A stretch of 64,000 nucleotides of DNA, taken from the NCBI GenBank assembly GCA_964250735.1, contig CAXUHA010000011.1, positions 25,102 to 89,101 of the forward strand, written 5' to 3'. A program made the translations under genes and the position numbers. Below are positions 39,361-48,490 of this stretch, one piece after another. Below the pieces are notes generated by a model, which worked only from the letters and a program-made list of their open reading frames with translations, did no database searches and was not told the origin of the DNA. The stretch comes from an uncultured Nakamurella sp. (GTDB lineage Bacteria; Actinomycetota; Actinomycetes; Mycobacteriales; Nakamurellaceae). Within the stretch, counting starts at the first letter, position 1. The number at the start of each line of letters is the position of its first letter.

Positions 39361-40527
39361 GTGAAGCGATCGCAGCTCATGGTGGCCGTCGGGGCGACCG
39401 CCGCCCTGGTCGCCTTGGCCGGGTGCTCCTCCTCCAAGCCCGCGGCCACGTCCGAGTCGTCGGGTTCGTCGGCCGTCGCGTCCGCCGCCGGTCCGGCGCC
39501 GGCGTCGGCGGCCGGTCCCGCCGGGTCGTCGGCCGCCGGGTCGTCAGTGCCTGGGGCGGGTCCGTCGGCGGCCTCCTCACCGGCGGCCTCCTCACCGGCG
39601 ACGGCCTCGGCGGCCGGGGCCTCGGCCGCCATCCCGGTTCCCACGAAGGCGAACAAGAATTACAAGATCAGCTTTGTGCAGGGGGTGGCCGGCGACAACT
39701 TTTACATCACCATGCAGTGCGGCATCCAGGCCGAGGCGAAAAAACTCGGCGTGACCGTCAACACCCAGGGGCCGGCCAAGTTCGACGCGACCCTGCAGAA
39801 GCCGATCGTCGACTCGGTGGTGCAGACGAAGCCGGACGCGTTACTGATCGCCCCGACCGACGTCAAGGCCATGCAGTCGCCGCTGAACGCGGCCGTTGCG
39901 GCCGGCATCAAACTGGTTCTGGTCGACACCACTCTCAATGACCCGTCCAAGGCCGTGTCCGAGGTCGCCTCCGACAATCTGGGCGGCGGGGCCGCGGCTT
40001 TCACCGCGATCAAGGAGCTGGCGCCGGCCGGCGGCAAGGTGCTGGTGCTGTCGGTCAAGCCGGGTATCTCCACCACCGACGCCCGGGTCAAGGGCTTCGA
40101 GACCGCGGTCAAGGCGGACTCCTCGTACAACTACCTGGGTGTGCAGTACGACCAGGACGACCCCACCCTGGCCGCCCAGCTCACCACGGCGGCCCTGCAG
40201 AAGGATCCTGACATCGTCGGCATCTTCGCCACCAACCTGTTCTCCGCGGAGGGCGCGGCCACCGGTCTCAAGCAGGCCGGGAAGTCGGGCAAGGTGAAGA
40301 TCGTCGGCTTCGACGCGGGCCCCAGCCAGATCAAGGACCTGGAGGCCGGCACCGTGCAGGCCCTCGTGGCCCAGCAGCCGTACCAGATCGGCGTCGACGG
40401 CATCGATCAGGCGGTTGCGGCCCTGAACGGTTCTCCGGCCACCACGCCGAAGATCCAGACCGGATTCACCGTCGTCACCAAGGCGAATCTGGCCAGCTCG
40501 AAGGCGGCCTACACAGCCTCCTGCTAG
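39361..40527 (+). CDS. Sugar/polyol ABC substrate-binding lipoprotein
   Basis: Lipobox LAGC, long Ser/Ala linker, FYITMQCG, KPDALLIAPTD, SDNLGGG, VGFDAG. Confidence 0.93.
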   Translation: MKRSQLMVAVGATAALVALAGCSSSKPAATSESSGSSAVASAAGPAPASAAGPAGSSAAGSSVPGAGPSAASSPAASSPATASAAGASAAIPVPTKANKNYKISFVQGVAGDNFYITMQCGIQAEAKKLGVTVNTQGPAKFDATLQKPIVDSVVQTKPDALLIAPTDVKAMQSPLNAAVAAGIKLVLVDTTLNDPSKAVSEVASDNLGGGAAAFTAIKELAPAGGKVLVLSVKPGISTTDARVKGFETAVKADSSYNYLGVQYDQDDPTLAAQLTTAALQKDPDIVGIFATNLFSAEGAATGLKQAGKSGKVKIVGFDAGPSQIKDLEAGTVQALVAQQPYQIGVDGIDQAVAALNGSPATTPKIQTGFTVVTKANLASSKAAYTASC

Positions 40528-40698
40528 TGGCCCGCGCCGTAGATTCGTTGCACATGTCTCGCGTTCGGGCCTTCGCGAGTCGGCTCAGGTCTGAGCGCTG
40601 GTCGGCTCGTCTTGGCACTGCCAGCGTCGACGTGGCAAGCCCTGCAAGCGTTGCCAAGACGGGGTAGCGCCTGCTCAGTGGGCTCCCAGATCGGGCGG

Positions 40699-40756
40699 GC
40701 CGACCACATCTTCACCCTCTGACGACTGCCGACCACATCTTCACCCTCTGACGACT
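40699..40756. repeat. 29-bp perfect tandem duplication
   Basis: GCCGACCACATCTTCACCCTCTGACGACT x2. Confidence 0.9.
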
Positions 40757-40860
40757 ATCGAGACGAATCTCCGGCGCAGGACATGAGGAACAGCACAACG
40801 GCGGGCGGGTTCCATGATCACGGAACCCGCCCGCCGCTCGTGTGCCTACCGGTCGCGGGC

Positions 40861-40932
40861 GATCAGAGATGCGTCGGATCAGAGATGCGTCGGATCAGAG
40901 GTGCGTGGGATCAGAGGTGCGTGGGATCAGAG
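40861..40932. repeat. 16-bp tandem repeat, 4.5 copies
   Basis: GATCAGAGATGCGTCG x2, GATCAGAGGTGCGTGG x2, then GATCAGAG. Confidence 0.92.
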
Positions 40933-41223
40933 AAAGGCCAGCGATCGCTGGACGTTGCCGGTGTTCAGGGCCGGCCACCGCAACTGCTGCACGACCTGGC
41001 GGAATTCGATGTCGTCGTCCCCGGAACGATCCAAGATCGCCTCCAGCTCGAGCAGATCGGACTGGCTGGTGTAGCACGCCAGCTCCAGCTCGAGGGCCCG
41101 GCGGCGCGCTCGCTCGGCCCGCTGTTCGGACCGCGTCCGGCGACTCGCCTTTGCGGTGGCCGGTCGGGTGGCGGACGTGTTGTTCATGGAGTGGGAGCGA
41201 TCGGTGGAGGTCATGTCACTCAT
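40927..41223 (-). CDS. Small hypothetical helical protein
   Basis: RRRALELELACYTSQSDLLELEAILDR; GC3-rich codons. Confidence 0.6.
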   Translation of the reverse strand: MSDMTSTDRSHSMNNTSATRPATAKASRRTRSEQRAERARRRALELELACYTSQSDLLELEAILDRSGDDDIEFRQVVQQLRWPALNTGNVQRSLAFL

Positions 41224-41316
41224 ACTGGTCGACGCGGACCGATGCGTCCAATGACCATATTGAGTCCCGTATATGACTGCGCGGCATACATGGTGCCGAC
41301 CGTGGAAACTGCTGCG

Positions 41317-41742
41317 TCACGCGGGAATCGTCCACGGGTTGACGACATTGACCCCCGTGGTTCGAAAGTCCTTGCCGTTGCGGGTGACCACCGGCATCGC
41401 GTGCACCAACGCGGTCGCCGCGATCAGCGTGTCACGCTCAGGACCCGGATCAGGCACGTGCGTCCGGGCGGCCTGCCGGGCAACTTCCAGGTCAACTGCG
41501 AGCACTCGTCCGTCAAATGCCGTCAGCACCCGCTTGTCGAGCCAGTCCCGTAAACGATTTCCCTGTGTGTGGTCCCTACGCTCGACGCGACCGACACCGA
41601 TCTCCAACTCCATCACCGAGATGACGCTGATGAACAACGTTTCCGGGGATCGGGCGATGACCCACTCGCGCACCAAGGGGTTGATCAAGCCGGCCGACTT
41701 CCGCAGCTCGCTGATCACGTTGGTGTCCAGCAAGTAGTTCAC
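41317..41742 (-). CDS. vapC: VapC PIN-domain toxin
   Basis: YLLDTNVISEL, ELEIG, DTLIAATA, VTRN.KDF. Confidence 0.93.
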   Translation of the reverse strand: MNYLLDTNVISELRKSAGLINPLVREWVIARSPETLFISVISVMELEIGVGRVERRDHTQGNRLRDWLDKRVLTAFDGRVLAVDLEVARQAARTHVPDPGPERDTLIAATALVHAMPVVTRNGKDFRTTGVNVVNPWTIPA

Positions 41743-41981
41743 AGGTCGGGGATGCGCAGAGTCAGATCGGCCGGTCGCGGCTCGAAGTCCACCTCGTCAT
41801 CGTCCATGGCCAGCCAAGTGACGAGGTCCGACCGAGCCCCGGAGAGCCGGCGGTAATCCTCGATGGCCAGCAGGACGAAAGCCGGCCGGCCGCGGTCCGT
41901 GATGATCACCGGCCCCTCCACAGCCGCGCGCTTCGCTGCACTGACGTCCTGGTTGAACTCGCGAGCCGAGAGTGTGGCCAT
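41739..41981 (-). CDS. Phd/YefM-family antitoxin
   Basis: MATLSAREFNQDVSAAKRAAVEGPVIITDRGRPAFVLL; AGGAGG RBS; GTGA overlap with the toxin. Confidence 0.92.
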   Translation of the reverse strand: MATLSAREFNQDVSAAKRAAVEGPVIITDRGRPAFVLLAIEDYRRLSGARSDLVTWLAMDDDEVDFEPRPADLTLRIPDL

Positions 41982-41993
41982 CCGCACCTCCTG

Positions 41994-42011
41994 TGTAGGT
42001 ACGTTCCTACA
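41994..42011. promoter_or_regulatory. Palindromic TA operator
   Basis: TGTAGGTACGTTCCTACA (one mismatched pair) beside the antitoxin RBS. Confidence 0.7.
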
Positions 42012-42071
42012 GTACGCGCAGTTGTCTGGTTCGACCGAGGTCGAGTGATCCGTTGCGGCGAGCAATGGGGA

Positions 42072-43265
42072 TCAACGGCGACCGATCACCCCGGCCACGT
42101 CGGCGGGTTGGTGGCGGCGACGCGAACCGGGTACTGCTGGAACCGCCTGCTGCCGACCGCTAGAGGTCAGGGCGGCGTCGAACAGTTCGTGGCTGGCCAG
42201 TGCTTCGGCCGGGGTGGCGCAGCCGAAGGCCGCGCCGAGGTCACCGGCGCGTTCGGCAAAATACGCCGCCCACATCTGGAGCAGGGCGTCGGCGAAGCCG
42301 AATTCGAAGATCGGCCCGGTGATGGTGGGCTGGGCCGATTGGCTTCCGGTCATCCGCTCCTCCCAGACCTGCCGGCCGTCCCGGACGTCCATCACCTTCA
42401 GCGACTGCGGATACCGCGTGCTGAACTCCACCCCGCCCTGCATGCCGACCACCCGCATCCGCCAGGTGTTCATCTCCCCCGGCGCGATCCGCTTGGTTTC
42501 CAGGGTCAGCGGGAAATCTCCGCGGTCGGACGACACCGTGGTCGACAGGGTCGCATTGTCGATCGTGTCGCACACGGCCCGCCCGCCATGGCCGTCCGGT
42601 CGCGTGGTCACCAGATCCTGTAACTGGGCGAAGACCGAGACCGGCCGCCAGCCAAGCCGAAGCGGCACATGCGTAACGTGCATGCCCAGGTCGCCCATCA
42701 CACCGATCTGGCCGCAGAACTGGGTCTGCCGCTTCCAGTTGATCGGCTTGTCGACGTCCAGATCCGATGAATGCAAAAACGAGAAAGCCGCCTCGATGAT
42801 TCTCCCGGTCCGGCCCTGCTCGACGAATTGGACAGCCTGCTGTACCCCGGGGTAGAACGGCATTTCGCTGGAGCATCTGACGAAAAGCGACGGCGCGGCG
42901 CGGATCCGGTCGTTGATGGCCGCGCACGCGCCCGGGTCGATGCCAAAAGGCTTCTCACCGAGAAAATCCACCCCGGCGTCGACGATATCGCCGTACACCT
43001 GCTCGTGGAGGTGGTGCGGAACGGCCACGTAGATCACATCGACCGAGCCGTCCAGAAGTCGGCGGTAGTCGTCGGTGAGTACATCCACCGAGGACACCCG
43101 GCGGAACCAGTCCAGGGCCGCCGGATTCACGTCGCACACCGTCGTCAGCCGCGGGTCGACCGACGATTTATCCACCACCGGCCAACGGCCGAGTACCCCG
43201 GCGAGTTCTTTTCCCATCAGTCCGGCGCCGATGACGCCGACCCGGACCTGGCGGCGTTCGTTCAT
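42072..43265 (-). CDS. Gfo/Idh/MocA-family oxidoreductase
   Basis: GVIGAGLMG, AVPHHLH, EKPF, INWKR, GVMGDLGMH. Confidence 0.92.
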   Translation of the reverse strand: MNERRQVRVGVIGAGLMGKELAGVLGRWPVVDKSSVDPRLTTVCDVNPAALDWFRRVSSVDVLTDDYRRLLDGSVDVIYVAVPHHLHEQVYGDIVDAGVDFLGEKPFGIDPGACAAINDRIRAAPSLFVRCSSEMPFYPGVQQAVQFVEQGRTGRIIEAAFSFLHSSDLDVDKPINWKRQTQFCGQIGVMGDLGMHVTHVPLRLGWRPVSVFAQLQDLVTTRPDGHGGRAVCDTIDNATLSTTVSSDRGDFPLTLETKRIAPGEMNTWRMRVVGMQGGVEFSTRYPQSLKVMDVRDGRQVWEERMTGSQSAQPTITGPIFEFGFADALLQMWAAYFAERAGDLGAAFGCATPAEALASHELFDAALTSSGRQQAVPAVPGSRRRHQPADVAGVIGRR

Positions 43266-44101
43266 GACCTGGCGTCGATCAGGGTCATGGCGTCGTCCAC
43301 GGACGCGCCCTCGTGCAGGACGGCCATCAGCGCCCTGGTGATGCCTGCCGGGTTCTCGTGCGCAATGATGTTGCGGCCGTAGACGATCCCGGCCGCACCC
43401 TGGACGAGGACGTCCGCGGTCCGTTGGAGCAGCACCCGATCGGACACCCGGCCACCTCCGCGGACCAGCACCGGGATACCCGACGCCACCTCGACCACCA
43501 GGTGATAATCATCGATCTGGTCGGTCGGGTCGGCCTTGATCAGGTCGGCGCCGAGTTCCACCGCCTGGCGGACCAGAGCGCTGATCCGATCGAGGTCGCC
43601 GTCCACCAGGTAGGCACCGCCGGAGTTGTCCGCCCGCATCACCAACGGCTCGACCATCAACGGTATGCAGAGCATCGTGCACTGGGCTCGCAGCGCCAGA
43701 ACATTGCGCACGCACTGTTCTTTGAGCTCCGGTTGTCCGGGTACGTCGAAGATGTTGACCACCAGGCAGGCGGCATCGAGTTGGGCGGCGGTCTGCGCGG
43801 CGTTTTCCACCGGGATGCTGAACAGCCGCTCCGGGAGGTGGGTGCCGTAGACGTTGGCCACGTCGGAACGCAGCACCAGGCTCGGCTTGAACCGACCGGG
43901 CCGGCTCTGCAGCAGACGGGCCTGCCCGATGGTCAGCTGGATCGCGTCGGGCCCGGCGGCGACCAACGTGTCCACTGCGGCGCCCATGTCGGCGATACCG
44001 GCCAGGAATGCCGGCTCGCCGAAAAAGCCGTGATCGACCGCGACGTCGAGCAGTCGGCCCGATGTGGGGTTGAAAAGTCGATTGAGTCGATAGCCGATCA
44101 C
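43262..44101 (-). CDS. DhnA/FbaB-type class I aldolase
   Basis: DVAVDHGFF, PLMVEP, ELGADLIKAD, VLVRGG, GIVYGRNI; GTG 44101 after AGAAAGG. Confidence 0.88.
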   Translation of the reverse strand: MIGYRLNRLFNPTSGRLLDVAVDHGFFGEPAFLAGIADMGAAVDTLVAAGPDAIQLTIGQARLLQSRPGRFKPSLVLRSDVANVYGTHLPERLFSIPVENAAQTAAQLDAACLVVNIFDVPGQPELKEQCVRNVLALRAQCTMLCIPLMVEPLVMRADNSGGAYLVDGDLDRISALVRQAVELGADLIKADPTDQIDDYHLVVEVASGIPVLVRGGGRVSDRVLLQRTADVLVQGAAGIVYGRNIIAHENPAGITRALMAVLHEGASVDDAMTLIDARS

Positions 44102-44224
44102 GCTGGCCCGCCTTTCTCGTTGTGGGCCGGGTGTGCGGCGCCGGGACCGAAATGTCGGCTGGGCACCGCTTGCAGCATGACACCTGGATCGGTGAAATGG
44201 TCGTGGAGGGGCAGAATCAGTGGG

Positions 44225-44797
44225 GTGCGCAGGTCCCGGAAGTCCGCCCGCGCGGTCCTGGTCGTCGCGGGCCCGGCGGGAAGCGGAAAGAGCACGTTGG
44301 GCCGGGCGCTGGCCCGAACCGTCGGCGCTGTGCTGCTGGACCAGGACATCGCCACCAACCCGCTGATGGCTCAGCTCGCTGCCCTGGTCGGGGCGGGTGA
44401 CGATCTGGATCACCCGGGGCTCCGCGGGCCCGTTCGCGACGCTCGCTATCAGTGCCTGATCGACGTGGCCGTGGACAACGGCAGGCTCGGACACCACGTC
44501 GTGATGATCGCTCCGTTCACGGCGGAATGTGCCGACCCGCAGGCCTGGTCCGGGTTGGTCCGCCAGCTGAAACCGGCCCAGGTACATCTGATCTGGGTGA
44601 CGGTGCCCCCGGAAGTCGCCCTGGCCCGGCGCATCCGGCGCAATCTCGCCCGGGACAGGACCGCGGTCGGCAACGGGACACCGCCCGCGCCGGCCGTGCC
44701 TGTGGTGCCGTTCGTCGCGGCATCCGGAGCGATCGACCCGGCGGCGGAGGCGGTCAGGGTGGCCCGGCTGACCGCTTACCCGAGCCACGCACGGTGA
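44225..44797 (+). CDS. P-loop small-molecule kinase-like protein
   Basis: VAGPAGSGKSTL, LLDQD, APF, ARRIRRNLARD lid motif. Confidence 0.75.
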   Translation: MRRSRKSARAVLVVAGPAGSGKSTLGRALARTVGAVLLDQDIATNPLMAQLAALVGAGDDLDHPGLRGPVRDARYQCLIDVAVDNGRLGHHVVMIAPFTAECADPQAWSGLVRQLKPAQVHLIWVTVPPEVALARRIRRNLARDRTAVGNGTPPAPAVPVVPFVAASGAIDPAAEAVRVARLTAYPSHAR

Positions 44798-44838
44798 CTG
44801 TATCGGCGTACCGCAGCCGCCCGGATAAAGTGGCGCGT

Positions 44839-45780
44839 GTGACGCAGCGATGGGCCTACCTCGGACCGGAGGGCACCTTCACCGAGCAGGCCGTGCAGGC
44901 GATCCTGGGCCGGCGGCCCGAGATCGACGTGGAGCTGAATCCGTCCGTCGGCGTCTCCGCGGCGTTGCAGGCACTTCGATCGGGCGACGTCGACGCTGCG
45001 TGCGTGCCCCTGGAGAACTCGGTGGAGGGGGCGGTACCGCTCACCCAGGACGAGCTCACCCATGGTGAGGCGCTGATCATCACGGCCGAGGCGTTCGTCC
45101 CGGTCACCTTCGACCTGCTGGCCCGGCCGGACACGACGCTGACCTCCATCCGGACCGTCGGCTCCCACCCGCACGGGCATGCTCAGGTCCGCGACTGGCT
45201 TACCGAACACCTCGGCGCCGTGGATCTCGTGGTCACCACCTCGACGGCGGCCGCGGCCGCGGCGGTGGCCGCCGGCGATATCGACGCTGCGGCCGCCGCG
45301 CCGGTCGCCGGCCGGCGGCACGGACTGGTCGCCCTGGCCCAGGACATCGGGGACGTGCGGGACGCCGTCACCCGGTTCGTCCTCCTCCGACGGTCGGGCC
45401 CGCCTCCGCCGCCGACCGGTAACGACCGAACCTCGCTGATCGTCTCGGTCAACAATCAACCCGGCACGCTACTGGGTGTGCTGGCCGAGATCGCCGGTCG
45501 TGGGATCAACATGACCCGACTGGAATCCAGGCCCACCCGGAACAAGCTGGGCGAGTACGTGTTCCTGATCGACGCCGACGGGCACATCGCCGAGCCGGCG
45601 ATGGCGGACATGGTGGCCGCCCTGATCCGACGGTCGGTGATGATGCGCTGGTTGGGCTCCTACCCTCGGATGTCAGGAACCAATGTGCCGGCGCCGGACT
45701 TCGCGACGGCACATGCGTACGACTCGGCGGCGCAAGCCGTCTCGCGACTGCGTACCGGTGATCCGGTGGACGTCTTCTGA
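44839..45780 (+). CDS. pheA: Prephenate dehydratase
   Basis: YLGPEGTFTE, PLENSVEG, TRF, ESRP ACT motif, LGSYP. Confidence 0.96.
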   Translation: MTQRWAYLGPEGTFTEQAVQAILGRRPEIDVELNPSVGVSAALQALRSGDVDAACVPLENSVEGAVPLTQDELTHGEALIITAEAFVPVTFDLLARPDTTLTSIRTVGSHPHGHAQVRDWLTEHLGAVDLVVTTSTAAAAAAVAAGDIDAAAAAPVAGRRHGLVALAQDIGDVRDAVTRFVLLRRSGPPPPPTGNDRTSLIVSVNNQPGTLLGVLAEIAGRGINMTRLESRPTRNKLGEYVFLIDADGHIAEPAMADMVAALIRRSVMMRWLGSYPRMSGTNVPAPDFATAHAYDSAAQAVSRLRTGDPVDVF

Positions 45781-46481
45781 TGCGGTTGATCCTGATCCGG
45801 CACGGGCAGACCCCGTCGAACGTGCTCGGCCTGCTGGACACCGAACCGCCGGGACCCCGCCTGACCGACCTGGGCCGCGCCCAGGCGGCCGCGGTGCCGG
45901 AAGCGGTGGCCTCGGAACCGATCGAGGCCGTCTACGCCTCGACGGCCACCCGGGCCCAGCTGACGGCGGCGCCGCTGGCCCGTGATCGTGGGCTGGACGT
46001 GATCATCCGTCCCGGCCTGCGCGAGATTGCCGCGGGCGACTGGGAAATGTCCGGCCAGGAGGCGTCGGTGCAGGGTTACCTCGGCCTGATCGGTCGCTGG
46101 ATGGCCGGTGATCTGGACGACCGCACCCCGGGTGTGCGTGGTGAGAGCGGGCGGGAGGTGTTGCGCCGCTTCGACGAGGTGATCGGCGAAGTGGCGGCGT
46201 CTGCCGTGGCCGGCGCTGCCGTGGTGGCCCACGGCGCGATCATTCGGCTGTGGGCCTGCGTCCGGGCGGACAACCTGGCCGACGAGTACGGGGCCACCCA
46301 CCCGCTGCGCAACACCGGCATGGTGGTGCTGTCCGGCGATCTCCGGACGGGCTGGACAGCGCATTCCTGGACCGGCACGGACCTGGCCGCCGGGTCAGCA
46401 GCGCAGGGGAGCGGCGTGCCGCTCGGCCCGGAAGACGAGGACCCGTTCGACGAGGCGATCCCGGTGCCCGACCGGCCCTGA
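45780..46481 (+). CDS. Histidine phosphatase-family protein
   Basis: LIRHGQT, RAQLTA, LREI, VAHG. Confidence 0.92.
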   Translation: MRLILIRHGQTPSNVLGLLDTEPPGPRLTDLGRAQAAAVPEAVASEPIEAVYASTATRAQLTAAPLARDRGLDVIIRPGLREIAAGDWEMSGQEASVQGYLGLIGRWMAGDLDDRTPGVRGESGREVLRRFDEVIGEVAASAVAGAAVVAHGAIIRLWACVRADNLADEYGATHPLRNTGMVVLSGDLRTGWTAHSWTGTDLAAGSAAQGSGVPLGPEDEDPFDEAIPVPDRP

Positions 46482-46505
46482 CCGGACCGGCGATATCCTG
46501 TGCTG

Positions 46506-47156
46506 ATGACCGGTCCGACCGTCGATCCCAGGCATCTGCGGGTGTCCGACGACGAGCGGGCCCACGTACTGGGGCTGCTGGAGAAGGCCACCGGGCGCGG
46601 CCTGATCGACCTCGCCGAATACAGCGCGCGGAGCGCGACCGTCATCGCCGCCCGGACCAGGGCCGAACTGAATGCCGTGTTGGTGGATCTCCCCGGCTTG
46701 CGGGTGGCCGGTCGCAGTGTTGCCGCCGCGGCCGCCGTCACCCGGGAATCGGGGCGGCTGGTGCCCGGCTATTCCGGGGCGCCGTCCGCGGTGGCCGGAT
46801 CGGGCGTGCTGGAGCTGACGGGTTGGGGCTCCCGCTCGTTCAAGGGGCACTGGTCGGCGCCGTCCTACATCGTGATCGGTGGATTCGGAGCCAGTACCAG
46901 GCTCGATTTCAGTCAGGCCACGCTGGCCAGCAGCACCCTTACCGTGGAATTCCAGACGAATTTCGGCGGCTCGACGGATCTGATCCTGCCCAGGGGAGGG
47001 TCCGTCCGCCTCGACGGGTTGACCATGCGGGGTGGCAGCGTCAACAACAAGGTTCCGCCGGGCGGTGCCGGCGTTCTCGACCTCGTGCTCACCGGGCTCA
47101 AGAAGGGCGGCTCGGTCACCATTCGCTTGCCGCGCCATCCCCTGTTCGGAAGATAG
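46506..47156 (+). CDS. DUF1707 (SHOCT-like) protein
   Basis: LRVSDDERAHV...GLIDLAEY...ARTRAEL..VLVDLP plus a beta-rich C-terminus. Confidence 0.85.
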   Translation: MTGPTVDPRHLRVSDDERAHVLGLLEKATGRGLIDLAEYSARSATVIAARTRAELNAVLVDLPGLRVAGRSVAAAAAVTRESGRLVPGYSGAPSAVAGSGVLELTGWGSRSFKGHWSAPSYIVIGGFGASTRLDFSQATLASSTLTVEFQTNFGGSTDLILPRGGSVRLDGLTMRGGSVNNKVPPGGAGVLDLVLTGLKKGGSVTIRLPRHPLFGR

Positions 47157-47182
47157 ACCCCTCGCACCGGATCAGGAGTTGC

Positions 47183-48439
47183 ATGCCCCCCTCAGCCGTG
47201 CCCCCGCCAGCCGTGCTGGTCAAGGGCCAGAACGCACCACTGAGCGCGTCGTCGATCGTGGTGACGGTCGACCTGGCGGCTCCCGCGGACCTGTCGGCCC
47301 TGTTGGTGACGTCCACCGGCAAGGTCCGGTCGGACGCCGACTACGTCTTCTTCAACCAACCCGACGGGCCGGGAGTACGTTGTCGGCAGCCGGAACCCGG
47401 CCGACCCTGGCGTATCGAGATCGATCTGCTGAAGGTCCCCGCCCCGATCGACCAGGTCCGGGTCGTCGTTGCCCTGGAGAACCCCGGCGCCCGATTCGGC
47501 TCCTTCGGGCCGCCGGTGGCCACGGTGTCCGACCCGACCGGGCAGGAACTGGTCCGGTATCAGGCCACCGGGCTGTCCAGCGAGAGCATCGTGATCGCGC
47601 TCGAGGTGTACCGGCGGGGGACCGGGTGGAAGGTGCGCGCCGTCGGTCAGGGGTACGCCGGCGGGCTGGCCGACCTCATCCGCGATCATGGCGTCTCGGT
47701 CGATGACGCGGCGCAATCGGCGCCCGCGCCGTCGGGTTACCCGCCATCGGGCTACCCGTCGGCGCCCCCGCCGTCGGGTTACCCGCCGTCGGGAAACCTG
47801 CCTCCGGCCGTCCGACCTGCACCCCCGGCAGCCGGCGGCGGCGGGGAGGTTTCTCTGGTCAAGGGCCGCTCGGTGAGTTTGCAGAAGGGGCAACGGGTAT
47901 CACTGCGCAAGGAGGACGGCGTCGCCCTCACCACGGTGCGGATGGGTCTGGGTTGGGATCCGGTCAAGAAACGCGGCATGTTCGGCAGTCGGGAGGTCCA
48001 GATCGATCTGGATGCCTCCGCGCTGATGTTCGCGCAACAGCAGTCGGTCGATGTGGTGTTCTTCAACAGCCTGCGCTCCAAGGACGGCTCCATCCTGCAC
48101 ATGGGCGACAACCGGACCGGGGCCGGTGACGGGGACGACGAGTCGATCATCGTCGACCTGGTCAGGGTGCCGCCCGCCGTCACCGCCATCGTGTTCCTCG
48201 TGACCTCGTACGAAGGCCAGACCTTCGAGCAGGTCGCCAACGCCTTCTGCCGGCTGGTCGAGGAGAAGACGAACGGCGAGTTGGCCCGCTACACCCTGAG
48301 TGGCGGCGGCGCCTACACCGGCATGGTGATGGCCAAGGTGTTCCGGGAGTCGGGTACCTGGAAGCTGCAGGCGATCGGCGAGGGGATACAGGCCAGGACT
48401 CCGCTCGATGCCGTCCCGCAACTCGGCCGTTTCCTCTGA
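47183..48439 (+). CDS. Double TerD-domain stress protein
   Basis: KGQN, DYVFFNQP, WKVRAVGQGY; PSGY linker; GLGWD, DLDASA, GDNRTGAGDGDDE. Confidence 0.9.
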   Translation: MPPSAVPPPAVLVKGQNAPLSASSIVVTVDLAAPADLSALLVTSTGKVRSDADYVFFNQPDGPGVRCRQPEPGRPWRIEIDLLKVPAPIDQVRVVVALENPGARFGSFGPPVATVSDPTGQELVRYQATGLSSESIVIALEVYRRGTGWKVRAVGQGYAGGLADLIRDHGVSVDDAAQSAPAPSGYPPSGYPSAPPPSGYPPSGNLPPAVRPAPPAAGGGGEVSLVKGRSVSLQKGQRVSLRKEDGVALTTVRMGLGWDPVKKRGMFGSREVQIDLDASALMFAQQQSVDVVFFNSLRSKDGSILHMGDNRTGAGDGDDESIIVDLVRVPPAVTAIVFLVTSYEGQTFEQVANAFCRLVEEKTNGELARYTLSGGGAYTGMVMAKVFRESGTWKLQAIGEGIQARTPLDAVPQLGRFL

Positions 48440-48490
48440 CTCACGCGGTGCTCGATCGAGGCTGTCGCCTCGGTCAGCTCGGTGCGCCGG

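Noticed and set aside
40699-40932. 29-bp and 16-bp repeats as a CRISPR array
   Set aside because: Head-to-tail with no unique spacers; the two unit types are unrelated.
44102-44788. Apparent fusion or extension of the aldolase ORF (508 aa)
   Set aside because: The extension is antisense to the P-loop kinase; an RBS and GTG at 44101 give a normal 279-aa aldolase.
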